64,000 bases of DNA from an uncultured virus (IMG/VR IMGVR_UViG_3300037119_007256) (lineage: Duplodnaviria; Heunggongvirae; Uroviricota; Caudoviricetes): the IMG/VR virus record IMGVR_UViG_3300037119_007256, one strand, 5' to 3'. The position numbers were made by a program, and so were the translations under genes. The notes under the pieces were generated by a model, which was not told the origin of the DNA, did no database searches, and saw only the letters and a program-made list of their open reading frames with translations. Shown in pieces: positions 17,331 to 27,031 of this stretch. The first letter of the stretch is position 1, and every line of letters starts with the position of its first letter.

Positions 17331-20300
17331 TCACACTCGCCGGCAGCATATTTCCTGCGCCTCCTCCTCCGTTGGCAGCGGTGGTAGTGGATTGGCCGTC
17401 GCGGCGATCGCCCGTCGGCGGCCCGGTGGTCGGCCGGCCCCCTCACGCCGCTTCACGACGACCACGTCCTTCGCGTATAAAACGTCGCCCGCCCACCAGC
17501 CGCGGGCCGCCACGTAGTCCGACAGGGCCAGGGCCCGGAACTTGGCACCAACCTCGGCCACGAGCCGATACGGCACTCGCATCGATACAGCCCCGCCCTC
17601 GTCCTCCAGGATGAACAGCAGCCTGTCGCCCTCCCGCTTCTCCCAGGTGACGTACCCGCCGATTACGGCATCGTCGCCTTGAGACGGGGTAGGCGGCAGG
17701 TCGGCGATCCTGGCCAGTCCCCAGGCGTCACGGATCGCCGCCTCCTCCGGGCCGGTCCGGTCAACCGGGTACCACGGGGCGAGCTGAGCCAGCGCCTGTG
17801 GGTCCCAGTTGTCGGTTCCGGCACCGGCCTCAGCCAGCCTGGACGCCGGCGCCCCGCCGAGGGCGCACAGCAGGTCGTCCCAGGACCGGTACGGAGCATG
17901 GATAGCGACGCGGGCGGACATGGCCGGCCCCACGCCCTTGAGGTTGGAGTAGCCCCCAACCAGTGTCCATGGCTCAGGCGACCGGAACCCCCCACGGCTG
18001 TGCTCAGGGTCGAGGACACGGACCTCACCGCCCATCGCCTGGAACTCGCGGACGAGCTTCTTGACCGTGTCGTCCGGCGGCCCAGTGCCGAGGTAGGCCT
18101 CGTAGAACTCCGCCGGGTGGTGCGCCTTGAGGTAGAGCATCCAGTAGCCGACCAGGCCGTACGTAACGCAGTGGGATTTATTAAAGCTGTACCCGCCGTG
18201 AGTTTTAATGGAAGACCACCAGAACTCGGCCTCACCTGGGGCAGACACCCCATTGGCCACACATCCGTCGATGAATCGACCCGCCCACTCGGCCTCCCAT
18301 GCTGGGCCGGTCTGCGGGTCCAGGCCGGCCTTGACCTGGATGCCTTTCCGGAGAGCGTGGACATCGGGCCAGTCGAGCCCGGCCAGCTCATGGGCGAGGC
18401 GCATCACCTGCTCCTGGTAGATCAGCACGCCGTGGGTCGCCTCGACCACCGCGGCGGCGGCCGGGTGGATAGTGGTGAGCCAGCGGTGGAACGACTTGGG
18501 GTCCGCCTTGTTGGCCCGGTAGGTGTCGACCCAATCCGCCGGGCCGGGGCGGCACAGGGCGCCGGCGGCGTAGACGTCGCCGAACGAGTCAACGCCGATC
18601 GCGGCGGAGGTCCGGGCCGCGGCGGCCCCGTCGAGCTGGAACACGCCGGCCAGCAGTCCACGCTGGGCTACATTGAGGGCGGCTTTGTCGTCCAGGGGCA
18701 GGTCCTCGAGCCACGACATGGGGCGTCCGATCCGACGCACAGTGGCGGCCACCACGTCCAGCCCGCGGACGCTGAGGAAGTCCATCTTCAGGAACCCAAG
18801 GGCCGCCGCACCCTTCTTGTCGACGGCGGCGACGGGCCGCCGGTCCTTGTCGAGGACCACCCCGATAGTCCTCCGAAGGGGCTCAGGAGACACCAGGACG
18901 CCGCAGGCGTGCGTTGAGGATTGTCGGTATTGACCAATCAAGCGTTCGAACATCCTGAGCCTTGGGTGCCGGCGCAGGACCTCCAGGGCACCACTATCGG
19001 TGACGTGCGACAACTGCCGTTCCACGTCCATGTCGCCCGGGTCCAGGGCCGCAGCCAGCGCAGCGAACTCAGCCCGCGGCACCCCGAGCGCCCGGGCCGT
19101 GTCCTGGAGGGCGGCCTTGGCCTTGAGCTGGGACAGGGCGGCTATCTGGGAGCAGTGGTCCCGCCCATAACGGTCGTAGACATACTCGACGGCGCTGTCG
19201 CGGGCAGACTGCTCGAAGTCTATGTCCACGTCGGGCGGGTCGTGCCGGCTGTCGTCGTAGAACCGCTCGAAGGACAGGCCGTGTCGGACTGGGTCCGTGA
19301 CGGAGGCGCCCAGCAGCCACAACAGCAGGCAGCCACCGGCCGAGCCGCGCAGCACGACCAGCCCGCCCCGGTCCCGGACCCAGCGGACCACATCGGCGAC
19401 GGCGAGGAGATAGTCGCAGAACCCCTTCTCCCGCAGCACGCGGTACTCACGCTCGGCCCGGGCTCGGTAGATGGGGTCGGTGCCAACGCCGCGGGCCGCG
19501 GCACCGGCTACGACGTCGCGCCACAGGACCGACGGGGCATCCTCACCCGGGGCCAGCCCGGCGAACGATACGCCGCCTACCCGCGGTATCTCTACGCCGC
19601 CGCATGCAGCGGCGATCTCGTCGCTGGCGGCGATGGCCGTGGCCCAGTCCACGCCGGGGGCGACGGCGACGCCGCGGGCGAGCAGCTCCGCCTCATTGCA
19701 ATAGTACTGATAGCGGGGGAGTTGGAGTTTGCGCTTCGCGGCGTCAACCCGGTCACCGGTGCCGACGGCTAGCAGGAAGTCTTCCGCCTCCCAGTCCTCG
19801 GGGCGCGGGAAGTGGGCGTCAGCCGTGGCCACCGTGCAAAGACCGAGTTCAGCGGCCGCGGCGGCGAGGGCTGGGACGGCTCGGTGGGACAGGTCCAGCC
19901 CCGGCTGTGGGACCAGCTCAACCCAGAAGTGTTCGATACGCTCGGCGGCCCACCGCAGCCAGTCTCGGACGACGTCTGTCCCGCCCTCGCCCAGCGCGAT
20001 CCTGGACGGGTAACCCCCGACGCAGCCGCTGAGGACAACCAGGCCGTCCTGGTGACAGAACAGCGTCGGCCAGTCGATACGGGGCTTGTAGTAGAAGCCC
20101 TCGGAGTAGGACAGATTGTGGAGTGCCAGCAAGTTCTCGTAGCCGGCCTGGGTGGCGGCGAGGACCGTAACATGCGGGTAGGACGAGGCCCCGGCGCCGG
20201 GGGCACCCTTCACCCGTGCCCGCATGTCGTCGCAAATGTAGAACTCCACCCCGTAGATCGGCGTGAGCCCAGCGTCCCTGGCCGCCTTCTGGATAGGGAC

Positions 20301-20435
20301 GTGGGCGTATACATTGCCGTGGTCGGTCACGGCGAAGCGGGTGTGGCCCAACTCGGCGATCCTGGCGGTCACCTGGCTGGGGGTGCCCCAGCCATCCAAA
20401 AAGCTGAAGGTGGTGTGGCCGTGAAGGTGAACCAT
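17331..20435 (-). CDS. dnaE: DNA polymerase III alpha subunit (family C)
   Basis: PHP HLHGHTTFSFLDG, TDHG, RGSAGG, PDVDID, HACGV, KMDFL, IYQEQVM and FNKSH motifs. Confidence 0.95.
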   Translation of the reverse strand: MVHLHGHTTFSFLDGWGTPSQVTARIAELGHTRFAVTDHGNVYAHVPIQKAARDAGLTPIYGVEFYICDDMRARVKGAPGAGASSYPHVTVLAATQAGYENLLALHNLSYSEGFYYKPRIDWPTLFCHQDGLVVLSGCVGGYPSRIALGEGGTDVVRDWLRWAAERIEHFWVELVPQPGLDLSHRAVPALAAAAAELGLCTVATADAHFPRPEDWEAEDFLLAVGTGDRVDAAKRKLQLPRYQYYCNEAELLARGVAVAPGVDWATAIAASDEIAAACGGVEIPRVGGVSFAGLAPGEDAPSVLWRDVVAGAAARGVGTDPIYRARAEREYRVLREKGFCDYLLAVADVVRWVRDRGGLVVLRGSAGGCLLLWLLGASVTDPVRHGLSFERFYDDSRHDPPDVDIDFEQSARDSAVEYVYDRYGRDHCSQIAALSQLKAKAALQDTARALGVPRAEFAALAAALDPGDMDVERQLSHVTDSGALEVLRRHPRLRMFERLIGQYRQSSTHACGVLVSPEPLRRTIGVVLDKDRRPVAAVDKKGAAALGFLKMDFLSVRGLDVVAATVRRIGRPMSWLEDLPLDDKAALNVAQRGLLAGVFQLDGAAAARTSAAIGVDSFGDVYAAGALCRPGPADWVDTYRANKADPKSFHRWLTTIHPAAAAVVEATHGVLIYQEQVMRLAHELAGLDWPDVHALRKGIQVKAGLDPQTGPAWEAEWAGRFIDGCVANGVSAPGEAEFWWSSIKTHGGYSFNKSHCVTYGLVGYWMLYLKAHHPAEFYEAYLGTGPPDDTVKKLVREFQAMGGEVRVLDPEHSRGGFRSPEPWTLVGGYSNLKGVGPAMSARVAIHAPYRSWDDLLCALGGAPASRLAEAGAGTDNWDPQALAQLAPWYPVDRTGPEEAAIRDAWGLARIADLPPTPSQGDDAVIGGYVTWEKREGDRLLFILEDEGGAVSMRVPYRLVAEVGAKFRALALSDYVAARGWWAGDVLYAKDVVVVKRREGAGRPPGRRRAIAATANPLPPLPTEEEAQEICCRRV

Positions 20436-21028
20436 CACCCCTCCTTGGAGAACTTTGTAGTCCAGACCACCCCACGCTGGGCACACTTGGCCACAGCCGC
20501 GACCATCTTGCCATAACGCTCAGCCGTGGCCCGGTCGGAGGCCACCCTGGCTTCGGACCGGCGCCGCCACAGAGGACAGGCAGTTTCTGTGGCTTGAACG
20601 CCAACTCTACCAGAACTTGAGAATAAGGCACACTCGCCGCAAGCGAGCGTCACCTGCCCGGCCCCGCCGAACTCGATGTGGGCGCACCCCCCGCATGTCT
20701 GGTTGGCCAGGGACTCTGGCGGAGCCTTCCGTCGACGTGCGACCTTGTCGGGGTTGCGATTCGCCCGGGGAGGTGCCATCGTTGCCGGGTCGACCGCTAT
20801 CTCCTGCCCGGCAAGAGCGAACACCCCCTTGCCCAGGAGGACGAAAGGTGACTGGTCGCCCCTGGTGCGGATATCCTTGTGGAGCTGGAAGTAGACCATT
20901 GCCCCGGGCTCGGTCCGTCCGCGGGGCACCCAGTACTTTCCTTCGATCATCACGCCGGCGAGCGTTTTATAGTGCAGTGGTCCCAACTGCTGGAGCACCT
21001 GCCTGGCCGCCTCAGCGCACTCATGCAC
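20435..21028 (-). CDS. HARE-HTH-like winged-helix protein with Cys-rich C-terminus
   Basis: EAARQVL...PLHY...GRT.P...F...GKGVFAL followed by CGGC...CGEC...C. Confidence 0.65.
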   Translation of the reverse strand: MHECAEAARQVLQQLGPLHYKTLAGVMIEGKYWVPRGRTEPGAMVYFQLHKDIRTRGDQSPFVLLGKGVFALAGQEIAVDPATMAPPRANRNPDKVARRRKAPPESLANQTCGGCAHIEFGGAGQVTLACGECALFSSSGRVGVQATETACPLWRRRSEARVASDRATAERYGKMVAAVAKCAQRGVVWTTKFSKEG

Positions 21029-21269
21029 CTTTGACCTCCTCTTCGATCATCCCTTCGTAGTGCTGCAGCGTCACGGGGAGGACGAGCCCCTCGGCGCCGT
21101 CGCCGCCGCCGATGCCGCGGGGATCCACCTGGATCAGGGTCCCTGTCTTGCGGTCTTCGACGAAGACCGGGCGCCCGTACACGTTCGCCAGGGACGCCGC
21201 CGCCGGCGCGGCCCTCTCGACCGTGTCCGCCCTGTAAGGGGCCATCCCCATTATCTTGAAGCGTTTCAC
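21021..21269 (-). CDS. Hypothetical protein
   Basis: GTG start coupled to the upstream TAG, GGAGG RBS. Confidence 0.5.
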   Translation of the reverse strand: MKRFKIMGMAPYRADTVERAAPAAASLANVYGRPVFVEDRKTGTLIQVDPRGIGGGDGAEGLVLPVTLQHYEGMIEEEVKGA

Positions 21270-21421
21270 TACTCTTCCTCCTCGCCGTCTCGCAAGGCTT
21301 CTCGGCGGCGTTCGTCGCACATGGGGCACGTTTCCTCACAATAGTGAAACTCATACCCGCACTCGCAGCACACCAACATGTCGCTCTGTGTGCTTTCGGT
21401 CTCGGTCTCGCGTTCGTCCAT
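21269..21421 (-). CDS. 50-aa zinc-ribbon protein (not in ORF track)
   Basis: MDERETETESTQSDMLVCCECGYEFHYCEETCPMCDERRREALRDGEEEE; TATAAT at 21441-21446 and GGAGG RBS upstream. Confidence 0.65.
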   Translation of the reverse strand: MDERETETESTQSDMLVCCECGYEFHYCEETCPMCDERRREALRDGEEEE

Positions 21422-21488
21422 GTCATCAACCTCCATCATCATTATACCGCGCCGTGTCGTCGTTGCACACTATCTCATACCACAGCCA

Positions 21489-21911
21489 TCACTGGTCGGT
21501 GGTCGCGGCCACCGTGGCCCGCAGCCCGTCGAGTAGCCGGCGGGACTCTCCCAGAGCCATGCCGGCCGCCTCAGGGTCCGTCGACCGGGAAGCCCATTCC
21601 TCGCCCTCCAGTTCCGCCAGGAGGGCGCCCAGCCAGTCGAGGGCACTCACGTCCGGGTCGGACCCCCGGCAGGCCGCGACGAAGGCTGCGGCTGGATCGG
21701 CGGGCATGGCGGCCGGCGACTCGGCGTCGGCCATCGACCTCAGCTCCCGGGCCCATACCCGGCCCAACCCGCGGCGGCCGGCCTCGTCCTCGGTCACCTG
21801 CGAGCCCACCCACCCGGCGGCGGCCGCGACGGCCGCCGCTTCGGAGGGCGCCAGGTGCCCGGCGCGGGTCGCCTCCACGAGGACATTGGTGAGGCGGTTC
21901 GCCAGTTTCAT
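21489..21911 (-). CDS. Hypothetical protein
   Basis: MKLANRLTN..., co-oriented in the early arm. Confidence 0.5.
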   Translation of the reverse strand: MKLANRLTNVLVEATRAGHLAPSEAAAVAAAAGWVGSQVTEDEAGRRGLGRVWARELRSMADAESPAAMPADPAAAFVAACRGSDPDVSALDWLGALLAELEGEEWASRSTDPEAAGMALGESRRLLDGLRATVAATTDQ

Positions 21912-21936
21912 CTCACACTTTCCTGCGTCTCTACGT

Positions 21937-22206
21937 TCATCTCGGTTGCTCCTCCTCGGCCAGTGCTCGGAGCGCGGCGGAGATTTCATCCCCGGCTCGA
22001 CGGCCATCCCCCTTCCCCCACACGAACCTTCCTGCGTGGTTGTTCAGGGCAATCTCGGCCGCTTCCAGCCAGACCGCCCGGCGCTCCGCGGCGAGGAGGG
22101 CGGCGAGTTCGCGCTGCATCATCCCGGAGGGGTAGTGCAGGTCCAAGTGCCAGCGGGCGGCGAACGCCTCGGCCTCCGGGGAGAGGGCAGGTTTCGGGTC
22201 AGCCAT
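21937..22206 (-). CDS. Hypothetical protein
   Basis: TGATG coupling; MADPKPALSP... Confidence 0.5.
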   Translation of the reverse strand: MADPKPALSPEAEAFAARWHLDLHYPSGMMQRELAALLAAERRAVWLEAAEIALNNHAGRFVWGKGDGRRAGDEISAALRALAEEEQPR

Positions 22207-22472
22207 CAGGGCTTTCCTCCCCGCGCGATCCGGGCCGCGCGAGTCACGCTGTGGATGCAGCCGGCACCCAGTGCGCAGTAGAGGCACCCGGGCGCGAGGT
22301 CGGGGAATTCGGTGCGGATCTCGGCCTCGCTGGCCTCCCGGCCGTCGAGCGTCCAGCCGGACCGGCGGCCGAGGTATTCCAACCGCACCCGCCCGCCGGT
22401 TCGCCGCTCCGGGAGCGAGAGGTGGATGAGGCTCTCGTTGCCGCTGTCGATCAGGGTATCTCGAGGGTTCAT
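22206..22472 (-). CDS. Hypothetical protein
   Basis: AAGGAGG RBS and TAATG coupling. Confidence 0.55.
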   Translation of the reverse strand: MNPRDTLIDSGNESLIHLSLPERRTGGRVRLEYLGRRSGWTLDGREASEAEIRTEFPDLAPGCLYCALGAGCIHSVTRAARIARGGKP

Positions 22473-22864
22473 TATCGCCTCCTTAGTCCCTTGCCCCTGG
22501 ACTTCATGCTGAGGTTGATGCGATCGAGGCGGGTCAACCCCGCGGCCTCCGCGAAGGGGCTCCCCTCGAGGGCGGCCACCACGCGGTCCCTAACGGAGGG
22601 TGCCGCGGGCTCACGGTTGAGGAGAGCCTCGACCTCAGCCCACTCCTCGGCGGCGGTCGTCCGGCGGACCGGCTCGTCGCGGCTCGTCACATAGGCGGTC
22701 GGCTCAGTCGCCGGCTCCGGGCACTCGGGCCAGTGGGCCGCGTAGCCGGGGGCGTAAATGATGGTGTCGCCCACCGCGTAGCGGCCGCGGCACTCGCGGC
22801 ACTCGCCGGCGTACCGGCAGCCGTCGAGCACTTTGGCGTCGATCGGCAGAAACTCGTAGTTCAC
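22472..22864 (-). CDS. Hypothetical protein with CxxC...H..C zinc-finger-like N-terminus
   Basis: RYAGECRECRGRYAVGDTIIY...HWPEC; GTG start downstream of a promoter. Confidence 0.55.
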   Translation of the reverse strand: MNYEFLPIDAKVLDGCRYAGECRECRGRYAVGDTIIYAPGYAAHWPECPEPATEPTAYVTSRDEPVRRTTAAEEWAEVEALLNREPAAPSVRDRVVAALEGSPFAEAAGLTRLDRINLSMKSRGKGLRRR

Positions 22865-22928
22865 TTCGGTCTCCGCGCTCCGCTCTACGGACCCGCCTAT
22901 CGCGGGCCCTCTGAAGCGCTCCGTGGTA

Positions 22929-22968
22929 ATTATACGCCGCCTGGCTCCTCCTGTAAACCTTATTCCCG
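22929..22968 (-). promoter_or_regulatory. Promoter of the recurring early class
   Basis: CGGGAATAAGGTTTACA-N17-TATAAT. Confidence 0.7.
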
Positions 22969-23349
22969 AGTTTTTTCTGCGGGTTCCCCGCGGGTGGCGG
23001 CCGGGGTTTCGAGGGCCATCGTGAGCTCCCACCAAATGTTGAAGAGCATATGTGCGGCGGGCGACCCGCGGTCCAGGCCTCTCCAGGTTTCACCGTGCCA
23101 GTCCCTGTCGGCGCCTGGCGGGAGGGGGCGGAGGCGGGTCAGGATGGTCGGGCGGGCCACCGCCACGGCCGCGAGGGCGACCACATCCAGGCCACCCCAG
23201 GTCCAGTTGGCCTCAAGTGCCAGGCGGGCCGCCTCAGGTGCGGTGGCGCCGGTCTCGGCGGCTACCCGCCGGGCGCCCTCGACCAGGCCCTCGAATATGC
23301 AGTCGCCCAGCGAAATGCTAGGGCCGGGGTTGGTCCCGTTGCTATTCAT
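22960..23349 (-). CDS. Hypothetical protein
   Basis: Start overlaps the end of the primase-helicase gene. Confidence 0.45.
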   Translation of the reverse strand: MNSNGTNPGPSISLGDCIFEGLVEGARRVAAETGATAPEAARLALEANWTWGGLDVVALAAVAVARPTILTRLRPLPPGADRDWHGETWRGLDRGSPAAHMLFNIWWELTMALETPAATRGEPAEKTRE

Positions 23350-26254
23350 CACTGGCCATCCATTGTCGCAATAGTTGGCGAAGGGCGGGCGTGGGGCGGT
23401 AGCCATCTCTCCCGTTACGCTGGACGAGTCTTATAGCCCGGTTAGCCTGAAGGGACTGGATCGCCTCCTGAGAGGCCAGGGACAGGGCGGCGGACGGAAC
23501 CATCGCCGCCAGGTTGCGGATGGTAAGCAAGTCGGCCCGCATGACCTCCTCCGCTAACCGGCGGCCATGCGGCGCCGCCAGCTCGGTGAATATCCTCAGG
23601 ACCGTCTCAGGGTCCACCAGGGACCGGTCTTCGGCCGCCCGCTGAGAGTAGGCGTTATACCCCATGGCTGGCTTGTCGTAGCCCCACTCCAACAGCCTGC
23701 GGGCCGCCTCGACGTGCTCTGCCCCGGCCTCGAGGATGTTTGGGTCGCCGGGGGCATGGGCAAAGGTAGCGGCGGCCATGGATATGGCCAGCTTGGCGAT
23801 TCGTGTCCGCTGGTCAGCTGGCTCGACCAGTGGCACCGAGCGGTCGTACTTCTCGGCCATCGCCATCGCGGCCGTGGTGACGGCTGCCGCACCCTCTGGG
23901 GTGAACCGGGCCTGGTGGGGCTGCCTGGAATATGCCCAGCGTAGGAGTGCCCTGGCGCCTTCCTGGGGGTAGACCGGGGTGGCGGGAGCGACGACGGCCG
24001 CGACCACTTCTATGGGGACGTCCGTCATAGCCACGGCAACGGCCATATCGAACCTGGCGATGTCCTCGGGCTGCGGTATCAGCCGCTGTATCATTTCCAC
24101 ACCGGTGAGGCCGGCTTCCGACATGAGTTCCCCCAGGCCGGGATTGGCCAGCCAGATGGCCCGGACCCTGGCGCGGAACACGGCCGAGGCCGCTTTGCTG
24201 ATGCGGACCACCCCCTCGGATCGGGTGGAGGACAGCGCTTCGATCAGGTTGCGGGTGCCTGTCCGCTCGGTATGGAACTCGTCGAAGCAGACCACGCGGC
24301 CGTCCTGTTGTGGGAGGATGCCGGCGACGACATAACGCTCGCCAGTTTGTGGCGACTGCACGACGGAGCCGAGCACCCCGGCGACGGACTGCATTTTGCA
24401 GTCGATGTGTGCACCCACCCCGTACCACTCTGCCAGGCGCCGGAAAGCGACGGACTTGCCGCAGCGGGTGTCGCCGATGACCAGGCATTCGACCCAGCCA
24501 CGCTCTACCGGCTCACCGCCGAGGTCGAAGGCGAGGAGAGAGTGCCACACCGCCAGATAGGCGGCGTGTAGGTCAGGGCGGCCCCGGATGAGGGTGACCG
24601 ATGCCGCCAGGTCCTCGGCCACATGCATGATTTTGGATAAGACGTCCTGCCCGGGCGAGGGGCGGTAGGCGGCCAGGAGGTGGAGGTGGTCAGCCGGGTC
24701 GAACTCGTCCCACTCCGTGGCGATCGGGTCGGCGTGGTTGACGATGAACACAGCCGCTTGGGACTTGGGGGTGGGCCACGGATAACCCACCATCTGGTAG
24801 TCCCGCGCCTCCTCAACCCTAATGCCCGGCGGCAGTACCAGGTAAGCTTCGCGCCGGTGACGTTCGGCTTGCCCAGCGTCCGTGGTTCCGACGGTCAGCG
24901 ACTCGTTGATGATGACCGGCTCGACGTCGACAGTACCAAGGATCGTCATATTAGGGTCTGGGCATTGCTGGGGGATATGCTGATCCCGCTTGGCCTGGTC
25001 GAGTTGTTCCCTGTCCGAGACCTGCACTAACCCGAGGGTGCCGCGGGAGCGTGGATCATGGACGAACTCGCCGGCGCCATGAAACTCGTTCCGCATTGGG
25101 CAGCGGGCGCAATAGGTGTGTCCCGTTGCCGGGCATGTCAGCCGGTAGCGGACCGGCAGCATGTATCGTTGCTCGGAGCGGGCGGTTACCCGCGCTGGGA
25201 ACGACACACGGCGACCGAGGTTGGCCGATGATAGAGCATCGACGAATGTGGTATCTATAGCCTCCATGTCCAGGTCGGAGTGTGCCGCCAGGACGGGCAC
25301 GGCGTCCCGTATCAGCTCGGCTATGGCCCTGGTGGCGTCCTCGCGTGAGGACCCGGACGACAGCAGCCATGCGACGAAGTCGGACACGTCGCCGTTGTCG
25401 GGCGCTCCATCCCAGCGCGGGAGGTTTATCCACGAAACCTCAGAGGCGCCCGAACCGGCCAGGGTCTCGGCGGCGGCCCGCATTGCCTGGTCGCCGACTT
25501 CGTCCAGGTCGGGCAGGCAATAGACCCGCCGGCCGCGCCACCACATGCCCTCCGGCAAGATGGCGGAGGCGCCCATGTGGCCGGACACGCCGGGGAAGCC
25601 GAGGCTGCGGAGGGTGAGGGCGTCCGGCTCGCCCTCCACCAGGATCAGGACGTCGTCGAGCCAGGCCTGGTGCGGCCACGGCGTGTTCGCCGCCGCGCCC
25701 TCGATATACCACAGGAACTTGGGTTGTCCGCCGGGCATGTAGAGCCGGCAGTTGAGCACCCGGCCGCGGCGGTCCTGGACGGGAAATACAAGCCGGTTGG
25801 AGTCCTGGTCGTAGCCGACGTTGAGGTCCCGAAGCGTGGCGGCTGTCCACGGCTTGCGGGCCTGGACTTGGAGTAGGGCGGCGGGATGCTGAAGGGCGTC
25901 GCGGCACTGGACGAGCCAATGCGGGTCGACCGGTACGGCCAGGCCGACCTCCTCGAGGATGGTCTGCTCGGCCTCGCGGTAGTCCGGTATGACGTGCCCG
26001 GTGTCGTCGAATTCGGTGGCGTCCACCAGTGCGCGGAACATGACGTAGTTGCCGCTGCGGCCGCTGGAAAAGCAGCTCCAGGCGCCGGTGACCGTGTTGA
26101 CGCTGAAGGAGGGGTGTGTGTCGTGTGTGTCGGGGAAGGGCGACCGCCCGTGCCGCTCGCCCTGTTGGTTGGGCTGGGCTAGCCCGTCGATGTGCCGCTC
26201 GTAGAGGCTATCCCACCCCACACGCTCCAGCGCGTTTCGCAACTGTTGATTCAT
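23342..26254 (-). CDS. DnaG-type (TOPRIM) primase fused to an MCM-like AAA+ helicase
   Basis: PSFSVN...WSCF zinc-binding-domain remnant, VEGEPD/DLD TOPRIM, CxxC zinc finger, IGDTRCGKS Walker A, CFDEF Walker B, LANP sensor 1 and ARFD Arg finger. Confidence 0.85.
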   Translation of the reverse strand: MNQQLRNALERVGWDSLYERHIDGLAQPNQQGERHGRSPFPDTHDTHPSFSVNTVTGAWSCFSSGRSGNYVMFRALVDATEFDDTGHVIPDYREAEQTILEEVGLAVPVDPHWLVQCRDALQHPAALLQVQARKPWTAATLRDLNVGYDQDSNRLVFPVQDRRGRVLNCRLYMPGGQPKFLWYIEGAAANTPWPHQAWLDDVLILVEGEPDALTLRSLGFPGVSGHMGASAILPEGMWWRGRRVYCLPDLDEVGDQAMRAAAETLAGSGASEVSWINLPRWDGAPDNGDVSDFVAWLLSSGSSREDATRAIAELIRDAVPVLAAHSDLDMEAIDTTFVDALSSANLGRRVSFPARVTARSEQRYMLPVRYRLTCPATGHTYCARCPMRNEFHGAGEFVHDPRSRGTLGLVQVSDREQLDQAKRDQHIPQQCPDPNMTILGTVDVEPVIINESLTVGTTDAGQAERHRREAYLVLPPGIRVEEARDYQMVGYPWPTPKSQAAVFIVNHADPIATEWDEFDPADHLHLLAAYRPSPGQDVLSKIMHVAEDLAASVTLIRGRPDLHAAYLAVWHSLLAFDLGGEPVERGWVECLVIGDTRCGKSVAFRRLAEWYGVGAHIDCKMQSVAGVLGSVVQSPQTGERYVVAGILPQQDGRVVCFDEFHTERTGTRNLIEALSSTRSEGVVRISKAASAVFRARVRAIWLANPGLGELMSEAGLTGVEMIQRLIPQPEDIARFDMAVAVAMTDVPIEVVAAVVAPATPVYPQEGARALLRWAYSRQPHQARFTPEGAAAVTTAAMAMAEKYDRSVPLVEPADQRTRIAKLAISMAAATFAHAPGDPNILEAGAEHVEAARRLLEWGYDKPAMGYNAYSQRAAEDRSLVDPETVLRIFTELAAPHGRRLAEEVMRADLLTIRNLAAMVPSAALSLASQEAIQSLQANRAIRLVQRNGRDGYRPTPALRQLLRQWMASDE

Positions 26255-26269
26255 GGCCCCTCCCCAGAC

Positions 26270-26306
26270 AAAAAAGTAGGGGTAGGGACCGGTGGGTCCC
26301 TACCCC
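26270..26306 (-). terminator. Rho-independent terminator
   Basis: 12-bp stem GGGGTAGGGACC/GGTCCCTACCCC followed by TACTTTTTT on the minus strand. Confidence 0.75.
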
Positions 26307-26320
26307 GTAGACCGTCGACC

Positions 26321-27031
26321 CTAGGTGGTCGGCTGCGGCCAGTCGGGCTGAGTAGGTGTCTCAGCGGGGGTGGGCTGGGTGAGCTGGGCGGGCGGGGCGA
26401 CCCACGTCGGGGCGCCGGTCGTGGTCGGGGCAGGAGTCGGGGCGGCGACATCCAGGCCGGGGGTCTCCCAGGCTTCTTCGTAACCGCCGGCGATCTTGTT
26501 CTTGGTCCGGCCCTGGTAGTTGTCGTGGAACACGGTCGCCCGCACCACGTTGCCCTGGAGGTCGGCATAGGAGCGACCAGTGAAGCGGCCGTTCTCGAGG
26601 AGCCCGCACGCTGCGAGGACGGACTTGACCTTCCACAGCGACGTCGGCTCGAACGAGCACTGGTCCCATACCTTCACGCCCTCATAGCCCTGCGGGAAGG
26701 TCGACACCATCTCCAGCACGATCATTTGGGACCGTGCTCCGGTCTTGGCCTGCTGAAGCTGGACATTCTTGATCTCGAACTCGCACTGCACGTCCGTCGG
26801 CAGGAGGATCGTCCTGCCGGCATCCGGCACCGCGTTGAAGTCGATACTCCCTAGCGGGTTGCCAGCCCCTTGCGCCGGCCCGGGGGCGGCGCCGCCCATG
26901 AGAGCGGCCATCTGGCCGCCGAGCGCGTTGGCGACGGGCGGCGGTGGGGTCGGGGCGGTCGTGCTAGCCGGAGGCGGGCTCCAGGTTTGCCCGCCCTGTG
27001 TCGGCGCGACTGAGGTCTCTCTCTTAGCCAT
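26321..27031 (-). CDS. DUF669-like single-stranded DNA-binding protein
   Basis: OB-like core (EIKNVQ...WKVKSVLAACG...DLQG...NKI) flanked by Pro/Thr-rich tails; next to a Sak4-like gene. Confidence 0.65.
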   Translation of the reverse strand: MAKRETSVAPTQGGQTWSPPPASTTAPTPPPPVANALGGQMAALMGGAAPGPAQGAGNPLGSIDFNAVPDAGRTILLPTDVQCEFEIKNVQLQQAKTGARSQMIVLEMVSTFPQGYEGVKVWDQCSFEPTSLWKVKSVLAACGLLENGRFTGRSYADLQGNVVRATVFHDNYQGRTKNKIAGGYEEAWETPGLDVAAPTPAPTTTGAPTWVAPPAQLTQPTPAETPTQPDWPQPTT

